Below are positions 28,767 to 45,949 of a stretch of 64,000 nt of DNA, one piece after another. The stretch is from Escherichia coli (GTDB taxonomy: Bacteria; Pseudomonadota; Gammaproteobacteria; Enterobacterales; Enterobacteriaceae), in assembly GCF_009931435.1 (NCBI RefSeq), contig NZ_CP043414.1. One strand, written 5' to 3'. Position 1 is the first letter of the stretch, and each line of letters starts with the position of its first letter. Both the position numbers and the translations under genes were made by a program. The notes beneath the pieces are model-generated. The model ran no database searches. It had not been told where the DNA came from and saw only the letters and a list, made by a program, of their open reading frames with translations.

Positions 28767-30118
28767 GTCCCATTCTCCTGTAAAGCGCGTACTACCTCTT
28801 CCATGGCAGCACTACGTGAACCCTTAACTAAAATCGTAATTACCTGTTGCTCAGCAATCAGTGATTTAAGACGTGTGATAAGCGCAGTTTTATCGGCAAA
28901 ATGTTCACCAACGCCGCTGGCGGTACTGATAGCATGGCTTTGTTTACCCACACTTAACACGCGGTCAATACCCGCCGCCTTCGCCGCTTCGCCCACCTGT
29001 ACATGGCAGGCCTCGCTTTCAGCGCCCAGTTCCGCCATATCGCCCACCACCAGCACACGGTAGCCCGGCATTTCAGCCAGTACCTGAACAGCGGCGGTCA
29101 TGGAGCCGACGTTAGCGTTGTAGGAGTCGTCGAGCAGCAACTGATTTTCCGCCAGTTGAATGGGGAACAGACGGCCAGGAACAGCTTTCAGATTTGCCAG
29201 CCCCGCTTTAATAGCATCAAGCGTTGCGCCCACGGACATGGAGAGCGCAGCGGCTGCCAGCGCATTCGCAATATTGTGACGCCCCGGCAACGGCAGCAGA
29301 ACATCGACGCTACCCGTTGGGGTTTGCAGCGTAAATTCCGTACCGTGCGAGGTCACGTGGATATTGGTGGCGGTGAAATCGCTGTTGTTAGCATTCGGTG
29401 AGAAGCGCCACACTTTGCGTGAGCCAATCACACTCTGCCAGTTCAGCCAGTCGTTGTTGTCGGCATTCATAATGGCGATACCGTTTTCCGGCAGGCCGCT
29501 AAAGATTTCACCTTTCGCTTTCGCGACACCCGCAAGCGAGCCAAAACCTTCCAGATGCGCCGCTGCCAGGTTGTTGACCAGCGCCGCTTCCGGGCGAGTC
29601 AGACTCACAGTCCAGGCAATTTCGCCCTGATGGTTCGCGCCAAGTTCAATTACTGCGTAATCGTACTCTGGCGTTAAGCGCAACAGCGTCATCGGTACAC
29701 CGATGTCGTTGTTGAGATTGCCTGCCGTATAAAGCGTGTTGCCACACTGGCTTAAAATCGCTGCCGTCATCTCTTTAACGGAGGTTTTGCCGGAGGAACC
29801 GGTCAGAGCAACCACGCGCGCCGGAACTTGCTGGCGAACCCATGCAGCCAGTTCACCAAACGCCAGACGAGTATCCTTGACGATTACCTGCGGCAGATCG
29901 ATATCCAGCGGACGGCTAACCAGTAGTGCCCCCGCACCGCCAGCTTTCGCCTGGTCAGCAAAATCATGGGCATCGAAACGTTCGCCTTTCAGGGCAACAA
30001 ACAGGCAACCCGGCGTCAGTTTTCGCGTGTCAGTGGTTACAGCATCAAGGGTGATATCTGCCCCTTTTAGTTCACCGTTGAGAATATCGGTAAGTTGGCT
30101 AAGGGTTACGCTAATCAT
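28760..30118 (-). CDS. murF: UDP-MurNAc-tripeptide--D-alanyl-D-alanine ligase, 452 aa
   Basis: Track ORF; [53 protein letters not shown]... Confidence 0.96.
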
Positions 30119-31602
30119 GCAATTACCCCCAGCAGACGCGCTACCGTGACGCGATCGGAATAGTCGAGACGCTGATTGCCAACAATCTGGTAATCTTCAT
30201 GGCCTTTGCCCGCGACCAGTACCACATCGTTCTCTTTAGCCTGCATAACGGCGCAAGTCACCGCTTCAGCGCGGCCTTCCATCACTTTGGCATGTCCGGC
30301 ATCTAACATTCCCGCCAGAATATCGTTGATGATGGCACGCGGCTCTTCGGTACGCGGGTTATCGTCCGTCACCACCGCCACGTCAGCAAACTCTTCAGCA
30401 ATTGCTCCCATCAGTGGACGCTTACCTTTATCGCGATCGCCACCACAGCCAAAGACGCACCACAGCTTGCCCGCACAGTGCAAACGCGCCGCCTGTAAGG
30501 CTTTTTCCAGTGCATCTGGCGTATGCGCGTAATCCACCACTACCGTCGGTTTGCCTGGCGCAGTGAACACTTCCATACGTCCACAAACCGGCTGCAGGCG
30601 TGCGGCAGTTTTCAGCAGGTCAGCCAACGGATAGCCCAGCGCCAGCAGCGTCGCCAGCGCCAGCAGCAAGTTGCTGACGTTAAAAGCGCCCATCAGATGG
30701 CTTTCAATTTCGCCATCGCCCCAGCTTGAGCTAAAGCGAATAGTCGCACCGCTGTCGTGATAGTTCACTTCAGTCGCTTTCAACCAGCGTCCGTGACAGT
30801 TCGGATTGATATGATCTTCCATTGATACCGCAACCGCGTCCGGCAGTTTTGCCAGCCAGCGGCGGCCCACTTCATCGTCGGCGTTAATAATCGCCTGACC
30901 GCAATGATGCTCAGAATAAAGCAGCCATTTCGCGGCTTCGTAGTGTTCCATATCACCATGATAATCAAGGTGATCGCGGCTTAAGTTGGTAAAGACCGAC
31001 GCCGCAAATTTCAATGCCGCCACACGGTGCTGTACCAGTCCGTGGGAGGAAACTTCCATTGCGCAAAAAGTCGCGCCCTGATCCACCAGTCCCGCCAGCT
31101 CATGCTGAACATCGACTGCCGAACCGGTGGTATTTTCTGTCGGGATCACTTTTCCCAGCAGGCCGTTACCAACAGTCCCCATTACCGCGCTGGTTTCGCC
31201 AAGCAGTTGGCTCCACTGCGCCAGCAGCTGGGTAGTCGTGGTTTTGCCGTTGGTGCCCGTTACGCCCACGAGACGTAAATTGTCAGAGGGTTCATGGTAA
31301 AAGCGGCCCGCCAGTGCAGATAAACGCTCATTGAGCTGGCTGAGATAGATGACTGGTACGCCGTGCATTTCACGGATTTCACCGTCGGTCGCCTCATCTT
31401 TCGCCTCTGCAATAATGGCAGCCACACCTTGCGCTATCGCCTGCGGGATATATCGACGCCCGTCCGCCTGATGACCTACTACAGCTACAAAGAGATCGCC
31501 CGCCGCAGCCACACGGCTGTCGAGTGTCATCTCTCGCAGTGCTCGCGAAGGTGCGTCTGGCACCCACGGAGCAAGAAGGTCGCGCAAATTACGATCTGCC
31601 AC
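30115..31602 (-). CDS. murE: UDP-MurNAc-L-Ala-D-Glu--meso-diaminopimelate ligase, 495 aa
   Basis: Track ORF; [55 protein letters not shown]... Confidence 0.96.
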
Positions 31603-33355
31603 CTGTCCCCTCGCCTTGATTAATCACAAATTCATTTTTATCACCCGTTGTCAGCGCATCCGGCTCGATGTTCATGGTACGCAATACGCCGCCCATGATG
31701 GCACCAAAGACCGGCGCGGAAACGGCGCCGCCGTAGTATTTACCCGCCTGCGGATCGTTGATAACAACAACCAGCGCGAAGCGCGGCTGACTCGCAGGCG
31801 CAACGCCTGCGGTATAAGCAATATATTTATTGATGTAGCGACCGTCCGGCCCGACCTTTTTCGCGGTACCGGTTTTAATGGCGATACGATAGCCTTTAAT
31901 CGCCGCCTTCACGCCGCCGCCGCCCGGTAGCGCCACGCTTTCCATCATATGCACTACGGTGCGAACAATGGATTCCGGGAAGACACGTTCACCAGGAACC
32001 GGGGGGTCAACTTTGGTAATCGACAGTGGGCGATAAATGCCGTAGCTGCCGATAGTTGCGTAGACTCGCGCTAACTGTAACGGTGTTACCATTAGCCCGT
32101 AGCCGAAAGAGAAGGTGGCCCTCTCTATGTCAGACCACCGTTGTTTTTGAGGATATAAGCCACTGCGTTCTCCGACCAACCCCAAATTGGTCGCTTTTCC
32201 CAGTCCAAAACGTGAGTAAGTATCTACTAACGCTGAGGACGGCATCGCTAACGCCAGTTTGGAAACACCGACGTTACTCGACTTCTGTAATACCCCGGTC
32301 AGGGTTAATTCGCTGTAGCGTGCCACGTCTTTGATTTCGTGGCCGTTAATTCGATAAGGAACGGTATTCAGTACCGAGTTTTCTCGCACCACGCCACGTT
32401 GCAACGCGGTCATCACCACCATCGGTTTGACCGTTGAGCCCGGTTCAAAGACGTCGGTAATGGTACGGTTACGCATCGCCTCTTTCGGCGTGCCACTCAG
32501 ATTGTTTGGGTTGTATGACGGGCTGTTAGCCATCGCCAGCACTTCACCGGTGTTGACATCCACCAGCACGGCGCTACCAGATTCAGCTTTGTTAAAGGCC
32601 ACCGCGTTGTTCAGTTCGCGATAAACCAGCGCCTGCAGGCGTTCATCAATACTCAGCGCCAGGTTGTGCGCCGCCTGACTGTCGGTGGAAGAGATATCTT
32701 CAATTACGCGACCATAGCGGTCTTTACGCACAATGCGCTCACCCGGCTGCCCGGTAAGCCATTTATCGAAACTCTTCTCGACGCCCTCAATCCCCTGACT
32801 ATCGACGTTAGTAAAGCCGATGAGGTGAGCGGTCACTTCGCCGGATGGATAATAACGGCGAGATTCTTCACGCAGATGAATCCCCGGCAGTTTCAGTTTT
32901 TTGATGTACTCTGCCATGTCAGGGTTTACCTGACGCGCCAGATAAATAAAGCGCCCTTTCGGGTTAGCGTTAATGCGAGCTGAGAGCTGATCCAATGGAA
33001 TGTTGAGCGCGTTAGCCAACGCCTTCCAGCGGTCACCGACGCTGATACCACCAGCGTCATGCACCTCTTTCGGGTCAGCCCAAATCGCTTTTACCGGCAC
33101 GCTCACCGCTAACGGGCGACCAGAACGGTCAGTAATCATGCCGCGGGAGGTGGAAACTTGCTGAACGCGAAGAGAACGCATGTCGCCCTCTTTTACCAGC
33201 ATATCCGGGGAGATAACTTGTAACCACGCTACGCGTCCGAGCAGAAAAGCCAGCGCCAGGAGAATACAGCCGCATAACAACGCAAAACGCCAACTGATAA
33301 AGTTGGCATGTTCTTCCTGACGTTTTGGTTTCTGCGTTTTCGCCGCTGCTTTCAT
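31589..33355 (-). CDS. ftsI: Peptidoglycan D,D-transpeptidase FtsI (PBP3), 588 aa
   Basis: Track ORF; [47 protein letters not shown]...; STVK active-site motif present. Confidence 0.96.
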
Positions 33356-33370
33356 GCGTCGCGTTTATCC

Positions 33371-33736
33371 TTATTTTTGCACTACGATATTTTCTTGTGA
33401 CGGATCAACATGCTGCATTTGCAGCTTTTCCGTGGCGATCCTTTCCACCCGGCTATGGTCGCCGAGCGCATTCTCTTCAAGGATCAGGTTGCGCCATTCA
33501 ATGTCTAAAGCATCTCGCTCCAGCACCAGTTGTTCGCGCTGAGCGGTCAGTAAACGGGTATGGTGCGCCGTGGTTACCACGGTCACCGCCGTCAAAATAA
33601 TGCAAATGAACAGGCAGAGTGGCAGCTTCCCAAATCGCAAAAGATCGTCACCGATAACACCAGGCAATGCATGGCGCTCGTGGCTTCCCATCGATCCTTT
33701 AACTTTGCTTAGAGCTTCTGTCACTCTGCTGATCAT
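33371..33736 (-). CDS. ftsL: Cell division protein FtsL, 121 aa
   Basis: Track ORF; [51 protein letters not shown]... Confidence 0.95.
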
Positions 33737-34674
33737 GCGTTCGTCCTCTCTGCAATACGCAGAACTGAACTACGGGCACGAGGGTTCTCAGCCACCTCTT
33801 CTTCGCCCGGCATTAACTTGCCTAGTGCTCGCAGCTGACGGCCACCCAGTTTTTTGAGCTGCTCTTCAGTCATCGGTAACCCTGCCGGAACTTGCGGACC
33901 ACGGCTGTTTTCACGCATAAAGCGTTTCACAATGCGGTCTTCCAGCGAGTGGAAGCTGATGATCGAGAGCCGCCCCCCCGGGGCCAGCACGTTGAGCGAG
34001 CTTTTTAGCGCCTGCTCTATCTCCTCCAGTTCACTGTTTACCCAAATGCGCACCGCCTGGAAGGTACGGGTCGCGGGATGTTTGAATTTGTCTTTCACCG
34101 GCGTTGCGGCAGCCACGACTTCCGCCAGTTCTTTGGTGCGGGTCATCGGCTGTTCGCGGTTTCGCTCGACAATGGCGCGGGCAATGCGTTTGGCAAAACG
34201 CTCTTCACCATAGGTTTTCAATACCCAGGCGATATCGGCTTCTTCTGCGGTTTGTAGCCATTCAGCGGCTGACTGCCCACGGGTTGGGTCCATACGCATG
34301 TCCAGCGGGCCATCGCGCATAAAGGAAAAGCCGCGTTCTGCATCATCAAGTTGCGGTGAAGAGACACCAAGATCGAGGAGAATGCCGTCGATCTTGCCGA
34401 TAAGATCGCGCTCGGCAACGTATTCGCCCAGCGCGGAGAAAGGTCCATGGATGATGGAGAAGCGCGGATCATCAATAGTCTTCGCAACGGCGATAGCCTG
34501 CGGGTCGCGATCGATCGCCAGCAAACGCCCCTCTTCGCCAAGCTGCGAGAGGATCAGACGTGAGTGACCACCGCGACCAAAAGTCCCATCAATGTAGATG
34601 CCATCAGGACGGATATTGAGGCCATTAACGGCTTCATCCAGCAGCACCGTAGTATGTTTATAGTTTTCCATCAT
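33733..34674 (-). CDS. rsmH: 16S rRNA m4C1402 methyltransferase RsmH (MraW), 313 aa
   Basis: Track ORF 33733..34803 trimmed to [38 protein letters not shown]..., the known RsmH N-terminus. Confidence 0.93.
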
Positions 34675-34675
34675 T

Positions 34676-35134
34676 TTATAGAGACAAGTCCTGCAGTCGC
34701 TCCGATAAGTCTCCAGTAGCCAACTGCTCTGCGTCGATATCTTCCTTGACCTGTTGATGCCAGGTTGTTTCATCCCACAGCTCAAACTTGTTGAACTGTC
34801 CAACCAGCATCACTTCTTTTGTCAGACCGGCATGTTGCCGCAGTACTGGCGCGATTAACAATCGACCGGCGCCATCCATCTGACATTCGCTGGCATGACC
34901 TAACAGAAGGCGCTGCACACGGCGCTCAACCGGGTTCATGCTCGACAGACGCGATAATTTTTGCTCGATAATTTCCCATTCAGGCAGGGGGTAAAGCAGC
35001 AGGCACGGGTGATGAATGTCAATGGTGCAAACCATTTGACCGGCAGCGTTCTCAAGCAGCTGTTCCCGATAACGGGTAGGCACTGATAAGCGCCCTTTGC
35101 TGTCGAGATTGACTAACGTTGCTCCCCGGAACAT
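34676..35134 (-). CDS. mraZ: Transcriptional regulator MraZ, 152 aa
   Basis: Track ORF 34676..35170 trimmed to [29 protein letters not shown]...; the upstream 12 codons of the track ORF overlap the operator repeats. Confidence 0.93.
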
Positions 35135-35149
35135 GCCAGCCTCACCCCT

Positions 35150-35181
35150 TATTCCCACTTTGCCCCACAATTTCCCACTGA
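35150..35181 (-). promoter_or_regulatory. MraZ operator: three direct repeats GTGGG spaced at 10 bp in the mraZ leader/Pmra region
   Basis: Minus strand reads GTGGGAAATT GTGGGGCAAA GTGGGAATAA immediately upstream of the mraZ SD; consistent with reported TGGGN direct-repeat MraZ binding sites. Confidence 0.6.
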
Positions 35182-35734
35182 AAGGAGTTTACGGAGCGGA
35201 GGAAAAGCTTGTCAAGCCAGTCACAAGGCATACCGAGGTAAAAAACCCGATGTTTACGGCTAATATCAGCGTTGTTTATTTTACGTCCAACGTGCGAAGC
35301 AAATTAACGTTATGAATAGCTGTAAGAAAAAATCCCTCATCGTCATCACCGTTTTAAAATGACTAACTATTTTCCACAGCAAATATAAAGTGTCAGTTTG
35401 CGACGCGAGCGGCATTTTAGGACATATCTTCCCCGGTTAACAGTCCCTGTTGCGTCTGTGTGGCGCTTGATGCCAGCAGGTTTGCGCAAAAGCAAAGAAA
35501 AGTGTTTGTTAAATCGGCAATTCATCTCTGCATGTAACAAAATAATGCAAAAACGCTCTGTCAATATTGCTTAATTATTGTGAATTTCAGCAGGTGAGTT
35601 AATTAATGGGCGGGTTTAAAAGCATTTATCAATAATAGCCAGGAATAGTCTTATTTACTTTAAGGATATTGATGTCCATTCCCGTACTCGACGCGCCAAT
35701 GAGAAATTCACTGGCGCGTATTTTTGTTCGCGGC

Positions 35735-36739
35735 TTAGTTACGGCTGAGCACGCCGCGGCGATAGAGATTACGTTTAATGCGCGTTAACCCAGGTTTTGG
35801 CTTACGCGGTTCGTCCAGGCTTGCCAGGACAATTTCCAGCACACGCTCTGCGACATCGCGGTGACGTTGAGCCACTGCCAGCACCGGGCACTGTAAGAAG
35901 TCGAGCAGTTCGTTATCGCCAAAGGTGGCAATTGCCAGGTCAGAAGGCAGTTTGCCATCGCGACGCAGCGTGACATCCATCACCCCTTGCAACAACGCAA
36001 ACGACGTTGTGAACAGCGCCTGCGGCATCGGATGCGTTTCCAGCCATTTTTCGAATAACTGGGCAGCCGCCTCCCGCTCATAACTGTTGGCATAAAGGAA
36101 ATGCACTTCGCGCGGATCATCTTTCCAGGCAGTACGGAAACCTTGCTCACGCAAGAAGCTCACAGAAAGCTCCGGCAGCGCGCCAAGATAAAGCACCGTC
36201 TCGGCGGGAAACTTACGTAACTCTTCCGCCAGCATTTCGGCATCATCCTGATCGGCACCAACCACGCTGGTGAAGTGTTCACGATCGAGGGCGCGGTCCA
36301 GCGCGACAATCGGGAACGGGTCGTTAGCCCAGCGTTGATAAAAAGGATGCTCTGGTGGCAACGACGTCGAAACAATAATGGCATCAACCTGACGCTGTAG
36401 AAGATGCTCAATACAACGCATTTCGTTGTCTGGCTGATCTTCTGAGCAAGCAATCAGCAGTTGATAACCCCGTTGCCGCGCCTGACGTTCAAGATAATTA
36501 GCGATGCGGGTATAGCTGGTGTTCTCCAGATCGGGGATCACAAGACCAATAGAACGTGTGCGTCCAGCACGAAGCCCAGCTGCCACGGCGTTCGGGTGGT
36601 AATTGTGCTCACGCACCACAGCCATGACTTTTTCAACGGTTTTGTCGCTCACACGGTATTGCTTCGCTTTGCCGTTAATAACATAGCTTGCAGTGGTCCG
36701 CGACACTCCCGCTAGCCGAGCGATTTCATCCAGTTTCAC
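35735..36739 (-). CDS. cra: Catabolite repressor/activator Cra (FruR), LacI family, 334 aa
   Basis: Track ORF; [65 protein letters not shown]... Confidence 0.96.
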   Translation of the reverse strand: MKLDEIARLAGVSRTTASYVINGKAKQYRVSDKTVEKVMAVVREHNYHPNAVAAGLRAGRTRSIGLVIPDLENTSYTRIANYLERQARQRGYQLLIACSEDQPDNEMRCIEHLLQRQVDAIIVSTSLPPEHPFYQRWANDPFPIVALDRALDREHFTSVVGADQDDAEMLAEELRKFPAETVLYLGALPELSVSFLREQGFRTAWKDDPREVHFLYANSYEREAAAQLFEKWLETHPMPQALFTTSFALLQGVMDVTLRRDGKLPSDLAIATFGDNELLDFLQCPVLAVAQRHRDVAERVLEIVLASLDEPRKPKPGLTRIKRNLYRRGVLSRN

Positions 36740-36863
36740 AATTGCCCCTTGCGTAAAATGTAAAAACCATAGCCATTGTACTGGTATGGGTTAAATTCAT
36801 TAACATCTAAGCGCAGAAAATTAACTGCGGCAACTGCTTTTATTCCAGGTTCCCACTGAATTC

Positions 36864-36893
36864 GCAAAAAAAGCCCAACGTGACATGTTGGGC
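36864..36893 (-). terminator. Intrinsic terminator downstream of ilvH
   Basis: Minus strand: GCCCAACATGTCACGTTGGGC followed by TTTTTTT, located between the ilvH stop (36919) and the cra promoter. Confidence 0.7.
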
Positions 36894-36918
36894 TGCAAAT
36901 TGCGCATTGAGATCATTC

Positions 36919-37410
36919 TCAACGCATTATTTTATCGCCGCGCGAAAGTCCAACTACACCAGAGCGAGCAACTTCCACAATTTTCGCCACATCGCGAATC
37001 GATGTTAAAAATGCATCAAGCTTATCGCTGGTGCCTGCCAGTTGGACGGTGTAAAGCGATGGCGTGACATCGATGATTTGCCCACGAAATATTTCCGTAT
37101 TGCGCTTCACTTCGTCACGTCCGTAGCCGCTGGCCTGAATTTTCACCAGCATAATTTCCCGCTCGACGTGCGCCCCCTGCCCCAGCTCGCTCACGCGCAA
37201 GACATCGACCAGTTTGTGTAATTGCTTTTCGATCTGCTCAAGCACTTTTTCATCGCCCACGGTCTGGATGGTCATACGCGATAATGTCGGATCGTCGGTG
37301 GGCGCAACGGTCAGGCTTTCAATGTTGTACCCACGTTGGGAAAAAAGGCCAATCACGCGGGATAACGCGCCTGATTCATTTTCGAGTAAGACTGATAATA
37401 TCCGGCGCAT
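36919..37410 (-). CDS. ilvH: Acetolactate synthase III small (regulatory) subunit, 163 aa
   Basis: Track ORF 36919..37440 trimmed to [36 protein letters not shown]... (ACT domain). Confidence 0.94.
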   Translation of the reverse strand: MRRILSVLLENESGALSRVIGLFSQRGYNIESLTVAPTDDPTLSRMTIQTVGDEKVLEQIEKQLHKLVDVLRVSELGQGAHVEREIMLVKIQASGYGRDEVKRNTEIFRGQIIDVTPSLYTVQLAGTSDKLDAFLTSIRDVAKIVEVARSGVVGLSRGDKIMR

Positions 37411-37412
37411 AA

Positions 37413-39137
37413 TCAGGTTCTCTCCGTTTTGCTTAACCACATTTCATCCATTCCACCCCCGCGAATCTGCATCGGGTAGACGTGCTCACTGCCATCGACG
37501 GTAACATCAACAAAGACCAGACGATTATTGCGCACCTGTTCCAGCGCCTCGCTAAGTTTGCTTTCCAGCTCTTGCGGATGAGAAATCTGGATCCCAACAT
37601 GCCCATAGGCTTCCGCCAGACGGACGAAATCGGGTAGCGATTGCATATAAGATTGTGAATGGCGGCCGGAATAGATCATGTCCTGCCACTGCTTCACCAT
37701 CCCCAGATAGCGATTATTAAGATTCACCACCAATACCGGCAACTCGTATTGCAAGGCGGTAGACAGTTCCTGAATGTTCATCTGAATACTGCCGTCACCA
37801 GTGACGCAAACCACGGTTTCTTCTGGCAGCGCCATTTTGACGCCCAGTGCCGCAGGTAAACCAAACCCCATCGTGCCGAGGCCACCAGAGTTAATCCAGC
37901 GACGCGGTTTGTCGAAAGGATAATAAAGTGCGGCGAACATCTGGTGCTGCCCGACATCAGACGTCACGTAAGCGTCCCCCTTCGTCAGTCGCCAAAGAGT
38001 CTCGATAACCGCCTGCGGTTTAATCTTTTCACTGTGAATATCGTATTTCAGGCACTGACGAGCACGCCACTGTTCAATCTGCTGCCACCAATCGCGGATC
38101 TCATCCAGCGGTTGATGGGCAGATTCTTGCGACAGGAGTTCAAGTATTTGTTCGAGGACCTGGCGGGCATCTCCAACAATCGGGATATCAGCAGTCACAG
38201 TTTTAGAAATGGAAGTAGGATCAATATCGATATGCAGAACCGTGGCATTTGGGCAGTACTTCGCCAGATTGTTCGTCGTTCGATCATCAAAACGTACCCC
38301 GACGGCAAAAATCACATCCGCGTTATGCATCGTCATATTGGCTTCGTAGGTACCGTGCATTCCCAACATGCCCAGTGCCTGACGATGCGTTGCTGGAAAC
38401 GCCCCCAGCCCCATTAATGAGGAAACAACGGGCAGATTCAACGCCTCCACCGTGTCTTTCAACTGCTGATGGCAGCCCGCCGTGATTGCCCCACCGCCTA
38501 CATACACAACCGGTTTTTTTGCCGCCACCAGCGTTTGCAGAGCGCGCTTAATTTGCCCTTTATGTCCGGAGGTCGTGGGATTATAAGACCGCATACTGAC
38601 CGACTCCGGCCAGACATAGGGTAATTTGTTCGCCGGATTTAGAATATCTTTCGGTAAATCAACGACCACGGGTCCAGGACGACCACTTGCCGCCAGCCAG
38701 AAAGCCTTTTTCAGCACCTGCGGAATGTCTTCCGTTTGCTTAACCAGAAAACTGTGCTTCACCACTGGGCGGGAAATTCCCACCATGTCGCACTCCTGAA
38801 AAGCATCGTAGCCTATCAACGAAGTTGCTACCTGCCCGGAAAGAACAACCAAGGGAATGGAGTCCATATAAGCGGTGGCGATGCCGGTAATCGCATTGGT
38901 CGCCCCTGGCCCCGATGTTACCAGCACGACGCCGACTTCCCCGGTCGCGCGTGCCAGACCATCGGCCATATGCACCGCCGCCTGCTCATGACGAACTAAT
39001 ACATGATCGATACCACCCACGGTATGCAATGCATCGTAAATATCAAGGACCGCGCCTCCGGGATAACCGAATACTTGTTTAACGCCCTGATCGATAAGCG
39101 ATCGGACGACCATCTCGGCTCCAGACAACATCTCCAT
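37413..39137 (-). CDS. ilvI: Acetolactate synthase III large subunit, 574 aa
   Basis: Track ORF 37413..39149 trimmed to [37 protein letters not shown]... (TPP enzyme). Confidence 0.94.
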   Translation of the reverse strand: MEMLSGAEMVVRSLIDQGVKQVFGYPGGAVLDIYDALHTVGGIDHVLVRHEQAAVHMADGLARATGEVGVVLVTSGPGATNAITGIATAYMDSIPLVVLSGQVATSLIGYDAFQECDMVGISRPVVKHSFLVKQTEDIPQVLKKAFWLAASGRPGPVVVDLPKDILNPANKLPYVWPESVSMRSYNPTTSGHKGQIKRALQTLVAAKKPVVYVGGGAITAGCHQQLKDTVEALNLPVVSSLMGLGAFPATHRQALGMLGMHGTYEANMTMHNADVIFAVGVRFDDRTTNNLAKYCPNATVLHIDIDPTSISKTVTADIPIVGDARQVLEQILELLSQESAHQPLDEIRDWWQQIEQWRARQCLKYDIHSEKIKPQAVIETLWRLTKGDAYVTSDVGQHQMFAALYYPFDKPRRWINSGGLGTMGFGLPAALGVKMALPEETVVCVTGDGSIQMNIQELSTALQYELPVLVVNLNNRYLGMVKQWQDMIYSGRHSQSYMQSLPDFVRLAEAYGHVGIQISHPQELESKLSEALEQVRNNRLVFVDVTVDGSEHVYPMQIRGGGMDEMWLSKTERT

Positions 39138-39453
39138 GGCCTGCCTCACTGTTTAACGGAAAAATGTGTAAAACACATTAACCGCCCGATCTTGCTTAAG
39201 CAATTGGTAGCCAGAGACATAAATACGAGGTAATAAGAATAAACAGGAGGAAAGGTGAAAAGAAACGATAAAATCCTCCATTACGGAGGATTAAATTGAT
39301 AATAAATCGGCTAAATCCCACAACTTACAGCAATTTCTCTATTTTTTTAATTAATCCTAAAATAGTGAACTCACACATTCAGAATAAAATTCTATATTCA
39401 ATAAAAAATACAGAATAAATCAGTAATCAATATCTGACCTATTCTGCATTCAG
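39138..39453. promoter_or_regulatory. AT-rich ilvIH promoter / Lrp-binding region
   Basis: Position immediately upstream of ilvI, strongly AT-rich; the ilvIH promoter is a classic Lrp-activated promoter. Individual sites not resolved. Confidence 0.5.
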
Positions 39454-40398
39454 TTAGCGTTTGCAAATTGAGACTAATTGCTCTTCCATCCACTGATGGC
39501 CTTTGTCGCGCCCGGCAGCTTCATGCCAGGAGAGATAACAGGTTCTGCTATTTTGTTTTAATGGCAGCGGTAATACCTGTAACTCTAAAGATTCAGCGAA
39601 CTCTTCAGCCAGCCAACGCGGCGCAATAGCGACCAGATGCGTTTGCGACACCACGCTCAGTACACTCATCATTGCCATGCCCTGATACGCGATACTGGCT
39701 TGTTTATCTACCGTGTCATACCACGGTTGACTAAATGACGCGAAACGATCGAGCGAAACTGCCGCATGTTGTTCGTTATAAACATCATGTTTCAGTAACG
39801 GGCCTTTAATTGTTGGATGATTTTTGCTGGCTACCAGCACCATTTCATCTTTAAATAATGGCACACTGGTAAATTCAGGACGATGGAAGTCTTCATAACT
39901 AATCACAAACTCCGTTTCCTGATAACGCAGTTGATGTTCAGTGTTCTGATTTAATGAAGACTTGAACATAACATGTATATTTGGCGCAGTTTGCTCAATG
40001 TGATTATAAATCTGCGAGGTCAGAATGCTGTCTAACGGACTGCAAACACAAAGATGAAATACACGTTCACTGCTCGCGGGTTCAAAACCTGAACCTGGCA
40101 ATTCATTTTGTACTAATTGCAATGCCTGACGAACTGAACCAAAAAGTTGAAATGCGCGAGCAGTCGGTTGAATGCCACGGCCATAACGAACAAAAAGCTC
40201 GTCATTAAACATCACCTTCAGGCGTGCAACCGCGTTACTGACCGCAGGTTGCGACATCCCCAGAACATGAGCGGCACGGGTGATGTTTTGCTCCTGCATC
40301 ACGGCATCGAAAACGGTTAATAAGTTGAGATCGACCATGCGTAGTTGTGGCTTGCTTAACTCCGCCGTCTCTGGTTGATCTGTTTGTACCTCTGGCAT
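39454..40398 (-). CDS. leuO: LysR-family transcriptional regulator LeuO, 314 aa
   Basis: Track ORF 39454..40482 trimmed to [60 protein letters not shown]... Confidence 0.93.
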   Translation of the reverse strand: MPEVQTDQPETAELSKPQLRMVDLNLLTVFDAVMQEQNITRAAHVLGMSQPAVSNAVARLKVMFNDELFVRYGRGIQPTARAFQLFGSVRQALQLVQNELPGSGFEPASSERVFHLCVCSPLDSILTSQIYNHIEQTAPNIHVMFKSSLNQNTEHQLRYQETEFVISYEDFHRPEFTSVPLFKDEMVLVASKNHPTIKGPLLKHDVYNEQHAAVSLDRFASFSQPWYDTVDKQASIAYQGMAMMSVLSVVSQTHLVAIAPRWLAEEFAESLELQVLPLPLKQNSRTCYLSWHEAAGRDKGHQWMEEQLVSICKR

Positions 40399-41056
40399 AC
40401 TTAACTCCACTGTCACACTTAACTCCCTTTCCCTTATTGGAATGCAGAGAAATAATCCTCGAGAATATGATTTATCATGCATATAAAATAAGAAAAAGGA
40501 AAATGAGAAAAATTAGGAAAACATAAAGATACGGGTTCTTATAAAAACAGAACCCATTGCCGAGTAAAGAGTCATTTACCGCAGCATAATAATCCATAAT
40601 GTTTTTGTTGCGAAAACAATCTAATCATAACTACCGCGAATACTCAATCATCCACAAAATGGATTAAATGTGCTTTTTTAATAATTAATTTATATGTTTA
40701 ATGCATTAATTCTTAACATTAATAGAACAATAATATTCACCAAATGAATATCAAAAAATTAGCAAAACATATAATTCAATACAAATCATCAAGATAGGTT
40801 TTGTAACGCGTGCATTTTATCCCCCTTTTCCTCGTTGATTAGATGCAAAAATTTATTCTGAAATATGTCAACCGATGAAAAGCGTCGGTGGTTAAGCAGA
40901 AATTAATATCGCTTGTTTTAACCACCGCAGCACAATTAGCTAATTTGACGAATGCAGAACTCACTCTGGCGGAACGTTTTTGTTGCGTCAGGGTTGACAT
41001 CCGTTTTTGTATCCAGTAACTCTAAAAGCATATCGTATTCATCTGGAGCTGATTTA
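40399..41056. promoter_or_regulatory. AT-rich leuO-leuL divergent control region (H-NS/LeuO-controlled, promoter relay region)
   Basis: ~660 bp strongly AT-rich spacer between divergent leuO and leuLABCD, as in K-12; regulatory role from literature, sites not resolved. Confidence 0.5.
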
Positions 41057-41143
41057 ATGACTCACATCGTTCGCTTTATCGGTCTACTACTACTAAACGC
41101 ATCTTCTTTGCGCGGTAGACGAGTGAGCGGCATTCAGCATTAA
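41057..41143 (+). CDS. leuL: leu operon leader peptide, 28 aa, four consecutive CUA Leu codons
   Basis: Track ORF 40952..41143 trimmed to ATG at 41057: [28 protein letters not shown]; ggt cta cta cta cta aac read in sequence. Confidence 0.92.
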
Positions 41144-41165
41144 GCCAGCACGCAGTCAAACAAAA

Positions 41166-41193
41166 AACCCGCGCCATTGCGCGGGTTTTTTTA
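41166..41193 (+). terminator. leu attenuator terminator
   Basis: CCCGCGC-catt-GCGCGGG followed by TTTTTTTT between leuL and leuA. Confidence 0.85.
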
Positions 41194-41235
41194 TGCCCGA
41201 AGCGAGGCGCTCAAAAAGAGACAAGGACCCAAACC

Positions 41236-43898
<2,663 letters not shown>

Positions 43899-43900
43899 TC

Positions 43901-45917
<2,017 letters not shown>

Positions 45918-45949
45918 TTTGTACACCGTCCGGCACTCAATCGCCAAAA

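Noticed and set aside
35367-35564. 65-aa minus-strand ORF in the cra-mraZ intergenic region
   Set aside because: No SD, Cys/Arg-rich low-complexity product, lies in AT-rich promoter DNA; probably not coding (kept as low-level question in findings).
40952-41056. Upstream extension of leuL to a 63-aa ORF
   Set aside because: The leader peptide is the 28-aa [14 protein letters not shown]...; the track start is a non-ATG codon in promoter DNA.
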